Source of the DNA: Squalus acanthias
Lineage: Eukaryota
Length of the DNA: 64,000 nt
NCBI GenBank assembly: GCA_030390025.1
Contig: CM059438.1
Location: 63,738,001 to 63,802,000 of the forward strand
Direction of reading: 5' to 3'
Shown here: piece after piece, positions 1 through 11,711 of the stretch
How the letters are laid out: the number at the start of each line of letters is the position of its first letter
How positions within the stretch are numbered: the first letter of the stretch is position 1
Position numbers and translations under genes: made by a program
Notes under the pieces: generated by a model
What the model was told of the DNA's origin: nothing
What the model saw: only the letters and a program-made list of their open reading frames with translations
The model's database searches: none

Positions 1-142
1 ATACACACCTCACCCACATACACCCCTCACACATACACCCCTCACACACACACACACACATAAACCCCCCACACACACACAACTCCACACACACCCCTCA
101 TGTACACACACACCCTCACACTCGTGCACTCCTCACACACAT
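1..142. repeat. CA-rich degenerate microsatellite
   Basis: (CA)n / CACCCT runs directly visible. Confidence 0.9.
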
Positions 143-640
143 ACGTGGGTCCAGACTCGGCCCTGTGCAGGAAGCGCATGTCCCAACTGAGAGGCCTGAG
201 GCAGGCCTGCGATTGGTCCATGGGCCTCAATACATTTTCTGTACGAGCTGCCGGTGCCTATCACGCCTCCACAGGCAGCTCGCGAATGGTACGTCCCATG
301 AGGGAGCTGACCGGCCTGGGGAACGCGACGACTATGGAATTGGGCAGGCACTCCTGCTCCTCCTGGCTCCACAGGAAGTTTTTTGTGAAAAACTAGCATT
401 GAAAAAACTTATTTTAGTTTGTGGCCCCTGAAGAATCTTGAACAGAGTAGGCCCACGTCTGCGCTGACCAATCTCACCAACAGGGCCAAAAAGCAAATGT
501 CAGATCCCTCATTTACTTTTCTAAGGGGCCTAATGCCTGGCTTAGGCAGTTGCCAGGCAATGGCCCTGACCTAATTTTGATCCAAACATTTTTCAAGTGT
601 CCATGGGGTGCAGGACTTTGTTCCAAGAAATTGGGCCTCG
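143..640. mobile_element. Probable non-autonomous DNA transposon fragment
   Basis: GC-rich body resembling the TIR-bounded MITEs elsewhere in the window; termini not established. Confidence 0.3.
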
Positions 641-859
641 TTACGCCCATTTATTTGGTCTATATTATACAGGAATTGATTCCCACACAAGGTGTGAAGC
701 TAAAAGCAGTAACTTTTCTATGTCTAGTAACCTAGCTGAAGGGCTAAGGTATATAGTGCAGGATGGCACCTAGTTTGAAAATTGGTGGGCAAAATGTAGG
801 AGAGAAGAAGGATAATTCAGGAGCGGTTAGGCGACACCAAGCGTGGGTTTTAAAAACTC

Positions 860-1020
860 ATATTTTAGGGGAGGGAGAGAATATGGACAGAAGAAAGGAG
901 TTCCACAGTTTTGAAGTTTGAGGTAAGAATGAGTTGGAGCAGAGCACTGTAATGAGTCCTGATTTCAACACAGTGAAGTTGTCAAGTGGAGGAAGAGTGA
1001 TTGTGCAGGATGGTTAGAAG
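860..1020 (-). mobile_element. Old LINE 3' RT fragment; continues near 2683-2710 and 6340-6460
   Basis: Minus strand reads SFLPQTSKLWNSF, a typical LINE ORF2 C-terminal motif; interrupted by the LTR and the CR1 nest. Confidence 0.45.
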
Positions 1021-2678
1021 TGTAGAATTCGCAATATATCGCGATTTTTATTAATAAGGAGAAAACACAGAGTCTCGTTCAAACAGCTTTTATTTCAGCA
1101 GAATGCTGTCAGGTTTCTCAAAGTGGACACAAGCAGCCTGTAAAATGGCCGCCGCACCTCGTGACAGAACATTCTAGACTTTTCGACAGGCAGACAAGAT
1201 GGCGTTCCAATAAACATTTGTGCAAGATCGATTAAGATTCAGCACAGTGAAGATAATACACGAGACATTATGGGTTTACAGTATACACATAAATACTGAA
1301 ATCGGTCTCCCAGGTACGAATGAAAGCTATTGTACCGAGTAATCAAGGGCCCATCCAAAGACATTAATATGTAAAATCCCAACGACTCTACGATGAGAGA
1401 GCCGTTAGCGGGTAGTTATACAAAACACTTGGAAGCCCCAAAACCCCTCCAGGGAGAACACCGACCGATTTAACAATGGGAGAAATATTAACAGGTACTC
1501 AGACATTTACGAGTAGCCCCGAAACCCATTAAGAACGGAGATCACCCATACAAGACATTTGAGCGCCAAACCCTAACAAAAGAAAGGACATTAAGGTTCG
1601 GCGGGAAACGGAAGATTTTGTACTATAATTACAAGCTCCAACCGTCCATCTTTCTCTTATTCTCTTATCCGATCGACTCGTATCCTCGTGGCTGCTCCTG
1701 TGTTTTTGACTCGTAGTCTTGTTCCTGCTTGCCTGGTGCCTCTTTGAAAAAGACTGTTGAACTTTCTGATCCGTTCGGATCTACCTCGTGTCGCGTAACG
1801 AAGACCTATGTTGGTAGCTGGCATCGGAACCAAAGGCCTGAGATGAGATGAGATGAGATGAGATGAGATGAGAAGAGAGGAAGACCATACTCATCGCCAC
1901 GGTCAGTAGATCCCGACCGCGCCTGTAGGTCGAATAGCCAAGTTTTCCTTGCTAGGGAGACTTCTTTGAACTTGCAAGAATAGACCTTGGAAGATCCTCC
2001 AAGATAATATTGACTGGTCTGTGAAACCCATTCGGACTGTGCCTGTTAAACCAACCAACACAGATCTTCATCACAGCAGACAGTCCAGCCTGCTAGCCGG
2101 AGCAGAAGCAAGTAAACAAGTGGGACCAGGAGATCTCCTGATCGACACGTGGGTGCTGCGGTGAAAAACATCCGATCAGCTATTCGGAATTTCTCCGAGT
2201 TATCACGAGTGGTGAGCATGAGTCTCGAAATCCGACGAATCTAGCTAGGACAGATATTGATAGGGGAGGGTTTAAGTATTAAGGATACTTGTAATGTGTG
2301 CCCCTATTTACGGTGTGTCGTTCGTTCCTCGTTTCCCTAGGATTAGCTATATAACTGCTTGTAAGATTGTACTGTCATTAATCTGTGCTTATGACATGTA
2401 TTACGTAATCTTAAATATCATGCAATAAAGATTTTCCATTTCGTACCATTCAACCGAGTCTACATGAGTTTCATCTCCATTACTGCTCTCGCATCTAAGT
2501 CCAGTGTCTAGAACCGTAAGGGCGAGTGATTCGAACCACTCACAGGTGTGTCTAGTGCTCCCAGACTGGCTGGAGACCAGAACAGGCAACAAGGCCTAAA
2601 CCCGCACTGACATACAGGCTGCACAGAGCCGCGTGAACCGCACAGGCTGCGAGACACGCACGGTCAGAATCCCTTACA
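1021..2678. mobile_element. Solo LTR (1658 bp) of an LTR retrotransposon or endogenous retrovirus
   Basis: TGTA...TACA termini; 4-bp TSD GAAG (1017-1020, 2679-2682); AATAAA on - (~1089) and TATA/AATAAA on + (~2349/~2424), so orientation unresolved. Confidence 0.8.
1839..1872. repeat. (GAGAT)n pentanucleotide microsatellite inside the LTR
   Basis: Directly visible. Confidence 0.9.
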
Positions 2679-2710
2679 GAAGGAACAAGAGGGGAACATT
2701 AGAACTAGAA

Positions 2711-2985
2711 TAACCAAAGAGGAATAGATAAATTATGAAGGGTTTTGATGGAGTAAATAAGGAGAAACTGTTTCCACTGGCAGGGTGGGATTCAGTAACC
2801 AGAGGACACAGATTTAAGGTAATTGGCAAAAGAACCAGAGGAGAGATAAGGAGAATTTTTTTTAACACAGGAAGCTGTGATGATCTGGAATGCACTGCCT
2901 GAAAGGATGGTGGAAGCAGATTCAATAGTAACGTTTAAAAGGGAATATTAGATATATACTTGAAAAGGAAAAAAATTCAAGGCTA
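2711..2985 (+). mobile_element. CR1 LINE 3' fragment (copy A); resumes at 6230-6340
   Basis: CR1 ORF2 C-terminal sequence; split by copy B with TSD AAGGCTA. Confidence 0.8.
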
Positions 2986-4638
2986 ATCATAAGGTATCAA
3001 AAGGTTTAGACTAGCTATGGAAAAGGACAGGGAGCCATCTAGAGTAATAATACTTAATTGGAGGAAGGCCAATTTCAGTGGGTTGACAACGGAACTGGCC
3101 CGGGTAAATTGGAATCAAAGATTGACAGGCAAAACTGTAATCGAACAATGGGCTGCTGTTAAAGCGGAGCTAGTTCGGGTACAATTGAGGTACATTCCCA
3201 CAAGGGGGAAAGGTAGGGCAACCAAAGTCAGAGCTCCCTGGATGACGAAAGAGATAGAGAGTAAGGTAAAACAGAAAAAGAGCGCATATGACAGATGACA
3301 GGTTGAGAATACAAGTGAGAATCAGACTGAATATAGAAAGTTTAGAGGGAAAGTGACAAAGAAAATAAAAGGGGACAAAGAAAGAGTATGAGAATAGATT
3401 GTCAGTTAACATAAAAGAGAATTCAAAAGTCTTCTATAGGCATATAAATAGTAAATGGGTAGTAAGAGGAAGGGTGGGGCTGATTAGGGACCAAAAAGAA
3501 GACCTATGCATGGAGGCAGAGGGTATGGCTGAGGTACTAAATGAGTACTTTGCATCTGTCTTCACCAAGGAAGAAGATGCTGCCAATGTCATAGTGAAAG
3601 AGGAGGCAGTGGAAATACTGGATGGGATAAAAATTGATAAAGAGAGGTACTAGAAAGGCTGGCTGTACTTAAAGTAGATAAATCACCAGGAGCAGATAGG
3701 ATGCATCCTAGGATGCTGAGGGAAGTTAAGGTGGAAATCACGGAGGTACTGGCCATAATCTACCAATTCTTCTTAGATACAGGAGGGGTGCCAGAGGACT
3801 GGAGAATTGCAAATGTTACACCCTTGTTCAAAAAGGGTGTAAGGATAAACCCAGCAACTACAGGCCAATCAGTTTAACCTCGGTAGTAGGGAAGCTTTTA
3901 GAAATGATAATCCAGGACAAAATTAACAATCACTTGGACAAGTATGGATTAATTAAGGAAAGCCAGCACGGATTTGTTAAAGGCAAATCATGTTCAACTA
4001 ACTTGATTGAGTTTTTTGATGAGGTAACAGAGAGGGTTGATGAGGGCAGTGCGGTTGATGTAGTGTACATAGACTTCCAAAAGGCGTTTGATAAAGTGCC
4101 ACATAATAGGCTTGCCAGCAAAGTTGAAGCCCATGGAATAAAAGGGACAGTGGCAGCATGGATATGAAATTGGCTAAGTGACAGGAAACAGAGAGTAGTG
4201 GTGAACGGTTGTTTTTCGGACTGGAGGAAGGTACACAGTGGTGTTCCCCAGGGGTCGGTACTAGGACCACTGCTTTTCTTGATATATATTAATGACTTGG
4301 ACTTGGGTGTACAGGGCACAATTTCAAAATTTGCAGATGACACAAAACTTGGAAGTATAGTGAACAGTGAGGAGGATAGTGATAGACTTCAAGAAGACGT
4401 AGACAGGCTGGTGGAATGGGCGGACACGTGGCAGTTGAAATTTAACGCAGAAAAGTGCGAAGTGATACATTTTGGTAGGAAGAACGAGGAGAGGCAATAT
4501 AAACTAAAGGTTACAATCCTCAAGGGGGTGCATGAACAGAGAGACCTGGGGGTATATGTGCACAAATCATTGAAGTTAGCAGGGCAGGTTGAGAAAGCGG
4601 TTAACAAAGCATACGGGATCCTGGGCTTCATAAATAGA

Positions 4639-4854
4639 TGTGAGAAGTTGCACAACACCAGGTTATAGTCCAACAGCTTTATTTGAAATCACAAGCTTTC
4701 GGAGCGCTGCTCCTTCGTCAGGTGAAGTGTGAAGTGACGAAGGAGCAGAGCTCCGAAAGCTTGTGATTTCAAATAAAGCTGTTGGACTATAACCTGGTTT
4801 TGTGCGACTTCTCACATTTGTCCACCCCAGTCCAACACCGGCATCTCCACATCA
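4639..4854 (+). mobile_element. Minimal fold-back Penelope-like insertion (inverted pLTR ends plus tail, no ORF)
   Basis: Inverted arms ~4639-4720 and ~4735-4816; same tail as the large PLEs; TSD TTCATAAATAGA at 4627-4638 and 4855-4866. Confidence 0.9.
4689..4725 (-). ncRNA. Minimal type I hammerhead ribozyme motif
   Basis: tcac CTGACGA a ggagc-agc-gctcc GAAAgcT T gtga: core, stem II and stem I all present. Confidence 0.75.
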
Positions 4855-4872
4855 TTCATAAATAGAGGCATA

Positions 4873-5624
4873 GGGGGAGAAATTTACTGTTGCCCCATTT
4901 GGGGCGCTAATTTTAAAAAGTTTGAAAAGTTAGCGCCAGGCGCTAATGATTTCAAAATTTTGAAAAATTCGCCGTTTGCGCTCCAAGAAGGAAGTGGAGG
5001 GCTAAATCAAACACTTCACTTCCTTCTTGGAGTGCAATCGGCAGCAGGCTGGGCGGAGACTTCAGCAGCGCCGCACACTGGACCGTGCAGTGCCGCCACG
5101 TTCAAAGGCTCCTTTCCACCCTTAAAGGGAAGGGCCATCGCTGCAGGATCTGCAATATAAAAAAATACCTACCTGGACCACCAAGGCAGCTGTGATCCTG
5201 CACGATCAGCCCAGCACTCAAGCAGAGTGCTGGGCTGATCGATCCTGGGCAGGAACCCGCGAAAAAAAACAGGAACAAGAAAGGTGAGTTTTTTTTACTT
5301 ACCTCGGCCACCTCGCCTTTAATCATCGCCCCTGAAGCGGCCGGCCGCCTGATGCACGCCTCCTGCAGCATGTCGGTGTTTTCGACCAGGCGCTGGTGTG
5401 GGGGCAGAAGTCAATTTCAGGTCCGGGGCGCTACCAGGGTGATGCACACGCCGTTGACGTCATGATCTCCGGCTGAAGGAGATCGGGGCGCAATGCCATA
5501 GCGCCGCCGCAAAACTCCCGGCGAATATGTCAGCGCCGTGCCCGGTCGCAAAGCCATTTGCACCCAGTTGGCGCCCCCCCCCAGGGAGTTAACGGGAGGT
5601 GCAAAGGCACCCAATTTCACCCCC
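4873..5624. mobile_element. MITE (probably PIF/Harbinger type) inserted in CR1
   Basis: TIRs GGGGGAGAAATT / AATTTCACCCCC flanked by TA; CR1 sequence resumes after it. Confidence 0.8.
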
Positions 5625-7627
5625 TAAGAGTTCAAAAGTAAGGAAGTTATGATGAATCTTTATAAAACACTGGTCCGGTCTCAACTGGAGTATTGTGTCC
5701 AATTCTGGGCGGTGCACTTTAGGAAGGATGTGAAGGCCTTAGAGAGGGCGCAGAAAAGATTTACGAGAATGGTTCCAGGGATGAGGGACTTCAGTTACGT
5801 GGATAGCCTGGAGAATCTGGGGTTGTTCTCCTTAGAGCAGAGAAGGTTGAGAGGTGATTTGATAGAGGTGTTCAAAATCATGAGTAGATAGAGAGAAACT
5901 GTTCCCATTGGCGGAAGGGTCGAGAACCAGAGGACACAGATTTAAGATCGATTGGCAGAAGAACCAAAGGCGACATGAGGAAAAACTTTCTTACGCAGTG
6001 AGTGTTTAGGATCTGGAATGCACTGCCTGAGAGGGTGGTGGAGGCAGACTCAATCGCGGCTTTCAAAAGGGAATTGGATAAGTACCTGAAGGAATAAAAC
6101 TTTGCAGGGCTACGGGGAAAGGGTGGGGGAGTGGGACTAGCTGAAGTGCTCTTGCAGAGAGCCGGCATGGGCTCGATGGGCCGAATGGCCTCCTTCTGTG
6201 CTGTAACCATTCTATGATTCTATGATTCTAAGGCTATGGGTATAGAGCGGGGGAGTGGGACTATTTGGCTAACTCTTTCAAAGAGCCGGCACAGGCACGA
6301 TGGGCCAAATGGTCTCCTTCTGTGCTGTGTGATTCTATAAAATGGAGAAAGACAAGAAATGTGGCAAAGCGAGAGAGAGAAAGGTTCCAAGAAACTGGAG
6401 GTAAGAGCAGGATCACAAGGTTTTATACATGAGTTGGTAAAATTGGATAAAATGAGATTAGCAGCAAAGCAAAATCAACATCTCAGCATCTGCTGGCTGC
6501 ATCACTGATAGAATTAGTTAAAATAAGATACATCGCATAGATATCCAGTCTTGCTGTAAATAGCGTTACCACCAGTCATTAACCAGAAATCGAAGGAGGC
6601 TGCAGCAATCTCTAGATCCGATTTTCTGTTTGTTGTACAAGAGCTTCATGCGTCAATATACCCAAATGATCTTCGGTAATTAGAATATGAATCCAGATGC
6701 TCCTGCTGATAAATTGGTATCTGCTACCAAAGACGTACCCTTTAATATAACCTGAGTGTGTTTGTGTTCTGTTTTCAAAGGCATCTAACGTTCACTCAGT
6801 CAGAAAGTCTTCTAATTGAAGAAGGTGGAACGATCATTCAGTTCAGTCAGCATCAGTCTGCTGCCTGCGGGGGTTTATGAATTTGAGCACCGGACTGTTA
6901 TTTTCAGGAAAACAATTAAGCTGCTGATTGTGCTTTGAATAATGTCAGTTGCTAGTAGGCTTCAAATACCTAGCCTGCAGCCATAAATAATACAAACCAT
7001 CGTAGACCTTTACATTCCTGCGATAAGAGAAAATGGTAGCATTGATAGATGGATCAGCACACGAAACGGTGACTTGCAGGGGCGGAAAGTAGATTTATTT
7101 TTATTTGCAGTCAGTCTGATGGCTGGAGCCTGAATTTGGTTCTGTCTCTTGACGTGCCGATTGCCTCCATAGGCTGGTGGGTCTGCGTGCAGTGGTTTGT
7201 GTGCAGCTGTGCTCGAGAGATCCAGGGGAGTGAAGGGCCAAGTTTACTCGCGGAGGCCCATGTTTCCGCAGATCATGCTCAATCTACATTCACATGCATG
7301 CTACCCTGCCCAGATATCCAAGGGAACGTTTGACAAAAAGGTTATCGAGCAGAACTTTCATATAGTCATTCATCCTCAACATTCCACCATAAAGTGTTGG
7401 CCTGCACAGACAGAATCTCCCCTCACTCACCACCACCACCCCCTCCCACCTCAATGCTGCCATTCCTACAACACAACAACTATTGTCTTTCATGCATTTG
7501 ATTGTTTGAGTTGATACCTATTTGTGGCCAAACCAGTGTGCTTTGTTTCAGTTTGCAAAATTCTATTTTCTATTTTCATTGCACTTGCTTCAAGATAAAT
7601 CAGTTCCTCACAGACTTTGGCACATTA

Positions 7628-7935
7628 TCAGTGTCGGAGCCCTGCAACTTTTCGAGAATTCTGCGCTCCTCCAATTCTGGCCACTTGCTCATCCCCGATT
7701 GCCATCGCCCCACCATTGGCGGCCGTGCCTTCAGCTGTCTCGGCCGTAAGCTCTGGAATTTCCTCCCTAAACCTCTCCGCCTCTCTACTTCTCTCTCCTC
7801 CTTTAAGATGCTCCTTAAAACCTACTTCTTTGACCAGGTTTTTGGTCACCTGTCCTAATATCTCCTTATGTGGCTCGGTTTCAGATTTTGTCCGATATGT
7901 TAAAGGCGCTGTAGAAATGCAAGTTATTGTTTATT
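7628..7935 (+). mobile_element. L2 LINE 3' end
   Basis: LRSSNSG...GGRAFS...KLWNFLP...SFKMLLKTY; L2-type 3' UTR. Confidence 0.85.
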
Positions 7936-8389
7936 GTCTCATCCACACTGGAGGAATGGAAGTCATCTCTTACGTCCACGTCAAACCCCGGTTACTCCAA
8001 ATAGAACTACAATCGCTTGTTTGCTTTGATGTTGGAGGGGTGAGGAAAAACAATGCACTTTGGCTGTATGTACTGCAATTGCAGTTTGGCACAGAAATCA
8101 ATAACCTGTAGGAGGTGTGTGCTTGAATTGTTTTGCTTGGGGCTTTGTAGATTGAGTATGTTGAAGCACGGTGCATGAGAGTTTCAGGATTGAATACACG
8201 GATGATCCATGGCAGCAGCTGTATTTTACCAGACAACTAGTTGATCTTCTGTGGCACTGTACTCGAATAGTCAAAACCAATTTGAATTTTTCAGGTCAAG
8301 CAGGGTTAGAGGGTGGATGATAATGGAACCATTGTGGGGGAGCGGGGTTAGGGGGAGGAAGAGGCAAATAAGGGTAGAGGGAATTTTTA

Positions 8390-8810
8390 AAAATTAATTC
8401 ACAGGATTTGGATGTTGCTAGCAAGGCCAGCGTTTATTGCCCATCTCTAATTGCCCTCAAGAAGGTGGTGGTGGGTTGCCTTCTTGAATAAGTGGCTTGC
8501 TAGGCCATTTCAGAGGGCAGTTAAGAGTCAACCACATTGCTGTGGGTCTGGAGTCACATGTAGGCCAGATGGGGTAAGGATGGCAGATTTCCTTCCTTTA
8601 TAGGACATTAGTGAAACAGATGGGTTTTTACAGCAATCCAGTAGTTTCATATTCATCATTACTGATACGAGCTTTTTTATGCCAGATTTATTTAATTGAA
8701 TTTAAATTCACCAGCTGCTGTGGTGGGATTTGAACTCACATCTACACAGATAATTAAGCCCAGGCCTACTGGATTACGAGTCCAGTAACCTAACCACTAT
8801 GCTACCATTC
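8390..8810 (-). mobile_element. tRNA-derived SINE sharing its 3' end with the LINE at 41.3 kb
   Basis: Minus-strand head GGTAGCATAGTGGTTA...GAGTTCAAATCC (A/B boxes); 8390-8490 matches 41297-41395. Confidence 0.8.
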
Positions 8811-8814
8811 CCCT

Positions 8815-9600
8815 ATTGTGGGAGAGAAAGGAGGTGAGGGGGAGATGGGAGGGAGAAGACAATGGGAGAGGTAGGAAACAGAGAAGGAAAGGAGAGGAGA
8901 GGGGTAGAGAAAAGAAGTGTTGAGGAAGTGGAGGTAAGGTGACTGAGGCACAGAAGAGTCATCCAGAGAGGAGAAATGCAGCCAATTGGGAGGGCGTTGG
9001 TGTGGATTGGCAAATTGAAAGGGGAAATGAAGCAGGGTAGGGGCAGCCTGTGAGGGCTGGAAGCAGTGGAAGGTTTGGGGGAGTGGTGGGAAGGGGCTGG
9101 CAGCTGGCAGCTGGGTTGGAGTTGGGAATTACAGCCAGCTGAAGTGGGGGGAGGGGGTTGAAATTATGTTCTTCGGAGAGGGGGCGGGGGGGGCGGCGGG
9201 GGAACAGGTGGAGCTGAGATTTTGTTCGGGTGGGGAGTTGGGAATTGAAATCTAGCTCAGTGGGTGGCGGGGGTGGGGTGGTTCTGGGCTGAAATATTGC
9301 TCAGTTAGGGTGGGAGGATAGAATCCTAAACCTTTCTTAGTTGGGAGAGTGTGGTTGAGGGTACAAATCTTGCTCGGCGGAGGGGCAGAGGGGTTAATTC
9401 TTGAACCATGAGTATGGGTGTGGGTTTAGTGGAAGGAGAGTCCATAAACTTGCTCAGGTGGGGTGGGGGAGTGGCGGTGTGGGGTTGTGAATGTTGCTCA
9501 ATGGGAGGTACGGTTCAGGTTTGATCTGTAAATCTTGTGTTGTGGTGAAGGTGGAGTTGAGTGCTGAAGACTTGCTCAGTTGGGTGGGTTGCGTTCGGTT
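8815..9600. repeat. G/purine-rich low-complexity region with degenerate TTGCTCAG-G-run repeats
   Basis: Recurring motif and many G3-G7 runs. Confidence 0.6.
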
Positions 9601-9609
9601 TGGTTTGGT

Positions 9610-9965
9610 GAGCCAGGGGAAGAAGCAGCTGAACGGATAATCTCAATCTTAGTGGGGAAGAAGTCCATGAGTTCCTTGCACTTGTTATTGGAGGTGGCAG
9701 GGGGGACAGGGGTTTCAGGAAACGGTTGGTAGTGGAGGAAAGAAGCCGGGAGTTTTCTTTGCTCTCCAAAATGATCCTGGAATAGTGGCAGGGGAAAGCA
9801 CGGCCTGATATTGTTTGCTATGGTCCAGCCAGATCTGACGATGGATGGCTAAACCAGTTGCACCGGAGCTAAGATGGGGGCCATCCCGGGGGAATGACCA
9901 GGATGGCAGAGAGTAAAGGTCTCACTGGTGACAAAGAGCATCGGAAGTGGAGGAGCGGCTCAGCA
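9610..9965 (-). mobile_element. L2 LINE internal fragment
   Basis: ESKENSRLLSSTTNRFLKP resembles L2 ORF2 upstream of RT. Confidence 0.55.
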
Positions 9966-10037
9966 GATCAAACACCTCTTGTCCAAAAATGAGAAGTCGC
10001 ACAACACCAGGTTATAGTCCAACAGATTTATTTAAAA

Positions 10038-10075
10038 TTACAAGCTTTCGGAGCTATCGCCCCTTCTTCAGGTAA
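10038..10075 (-). ncRNA. Hammerhead ribozyme motif (left arm)
   Basis: Reverse complement of 11674-11711. Confidence 0.7.
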
Positions 10076-10300
10076 AGTTACAATGAGTGAATCTACAAAA
10101 GTTCACAGAATATAAACACAGAAAATGCAGAGACACAATCTTTCCTTACATCAAAGACACACCAAGAGCACAGCCAAGACAATGAGATGTGTCCCAGGGG
10201 GTCCAACGTGTCAAATCCTGCTGTCTGCAGCAGATCTCTCTCCATATCCCTTCCTCTCTCTCCGTCTTTTTTGGGGTTTGTTTTTTGGGTTTGTTTTTTT

Positions 10301-11405
10301 GCAGACGCTGTACACCAGATACATCGACGACATCTTCTTCCTTTGGACCCACGGCGAAGGATCACTGAAAGGACTACACGATAGCATCAACAGGTTCCAT
10401 CCCACCATCAAACTCACCATGGACTACTCCTCAGAATCGGTTTCATTCTTGGACACACGAATCTCCATCAAAGACGGACGCCTCAGCACTTCACTCTACC
10501 GCAAGCCCACGGACAACCTCACGATGCTCCACTTCTCCAGCTTCCACCCTAACCACGTTAAAGAAGCCATCTCCTATGGACAAGCCCTGCGAATACACAG
10601 GATCTGCTCAGACGAGGAGGAACGCGATGGACACCTACGGACACTGAAAGACGCCCTCGTATGAACGGGATATGACGCTCGACTCGTCGATCGACAGTTC
10701 TGACGGGCCACAGCGAAAAACCGCATAGACCTCCTCAGAAGGCGAACACGGGACACAACCAACAGAGTACCCTACATCGTCCAGTACTTCCCCGGAGCGG
10801 AGAAACTACGCCATGTTCTTCGCAGCCTTCAACATGTCATCGATGACGACAAACACCTTGCTAAGGCCATCCCCACACCTCCACTACTCGCCTTCAAGCA
10901 GCCGCCTAACCTCAAAAGTACCATCGTTTGCAGCAAATTACCCAGCTGTCAGGAGAACAGCGACCACGACACCACACAACCCTGCCACGGCAACCTCTGC
11001 AAGACATGCCAGATCATGAACACAGATACCGTCATCACACGTGAGGACACTACCCACCAGGTACATGGTACATACTCATGTGACTCGGCCAACGTTGTCT
11101 ACCTCATACGTTGCAGGAAAGGATGCCCCAGAGCATGGTACATCGGCGAGACCATGCAGACACTGAGACAACGTATGAACGGACACCGCGCAACAATCGC
11201 CAGGCAGGATGGTTGCCTCCCAGTCGGGGAACACTTTAGCAGTCAAGGGCATTCAGCCTCGGATCTGCGGGTTAGCGTTCTCCAAGGCGGCCTTCGAGAC
11301 ACACGACAACGCAAAATCATCGAGCAGAAACTGATAGCCAAGTTCCGCACTCATGAGGACGGCCTCAATAGGGATATCGGGTTCATGTCACGCTACAGAA
11401 CGTGA
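10301..11405 (+). pseudogene. PLE RT C-terminal half plus GIY-YIG endonuclease, with in-frame stops
   Basis: RYIDDIF, FLD, LYRKPT, VVYLIRC...WYIGET, HEDGLN; TGA stops near 10662 and 10701. Confidence 0.92.
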
Positions 11406-11673
11406 CTTGACATCGTTGTCTGTCTTTCCAGTTTTTAAAAAACAAACACAAAAAACAAACCCAAAAAACAAACCCCAAAAAAGACGGAGAGAGAGGAAGG
11501 GATATGGAGAGAGATCTGCTGCAGACAGCAGGATTTGACACGTTGGACCCCCTGGGACACATCTCATTGTCTTGGCTGTGCTCTTGGTGTGTCTTTGATG
11601 TAAGGAAAGATTGTATCTCTGCATTTTCTGTGTTTATATTCTGTGAACTTTTGTAGATTCACTCATTGTAACT

Positions 11674-11711
11674 TTACCTGAAGAAGGGGCGATAGCTCCG
11701 AAAGCTTGTAA
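11674..11711 (+). ncRNA. Hammerhead ribozyme motif (right arm)
   Basis: ttac CTGAAGA a ggggc-gata-gctcc GAAAgcT T gtaa. Confidence 0.75.

Larger units (their letters stand above)
2986..6229 (+). mobile_element. CR1 LINE (copy B), 5'-truncated, decayed ORF2 reverse transcriptase
   Basis: ORFs with [48 protein letters not shown]; (ATTCTATG)n tail; TSD AAGGCTA at 2979-2985 and 6230-6236. Confidence 0.95.

Noticed and set aside
6470..7500. Possible host exons in unique-looking sequence
   Set aside because: No recognisable protein and no consistent splice/frame chain.
8700..8810. tRNA gene (also the Deu-SINE heads)
   Set aside because: A/B boxes continue into SINE bodies; no complete cloverleaf.
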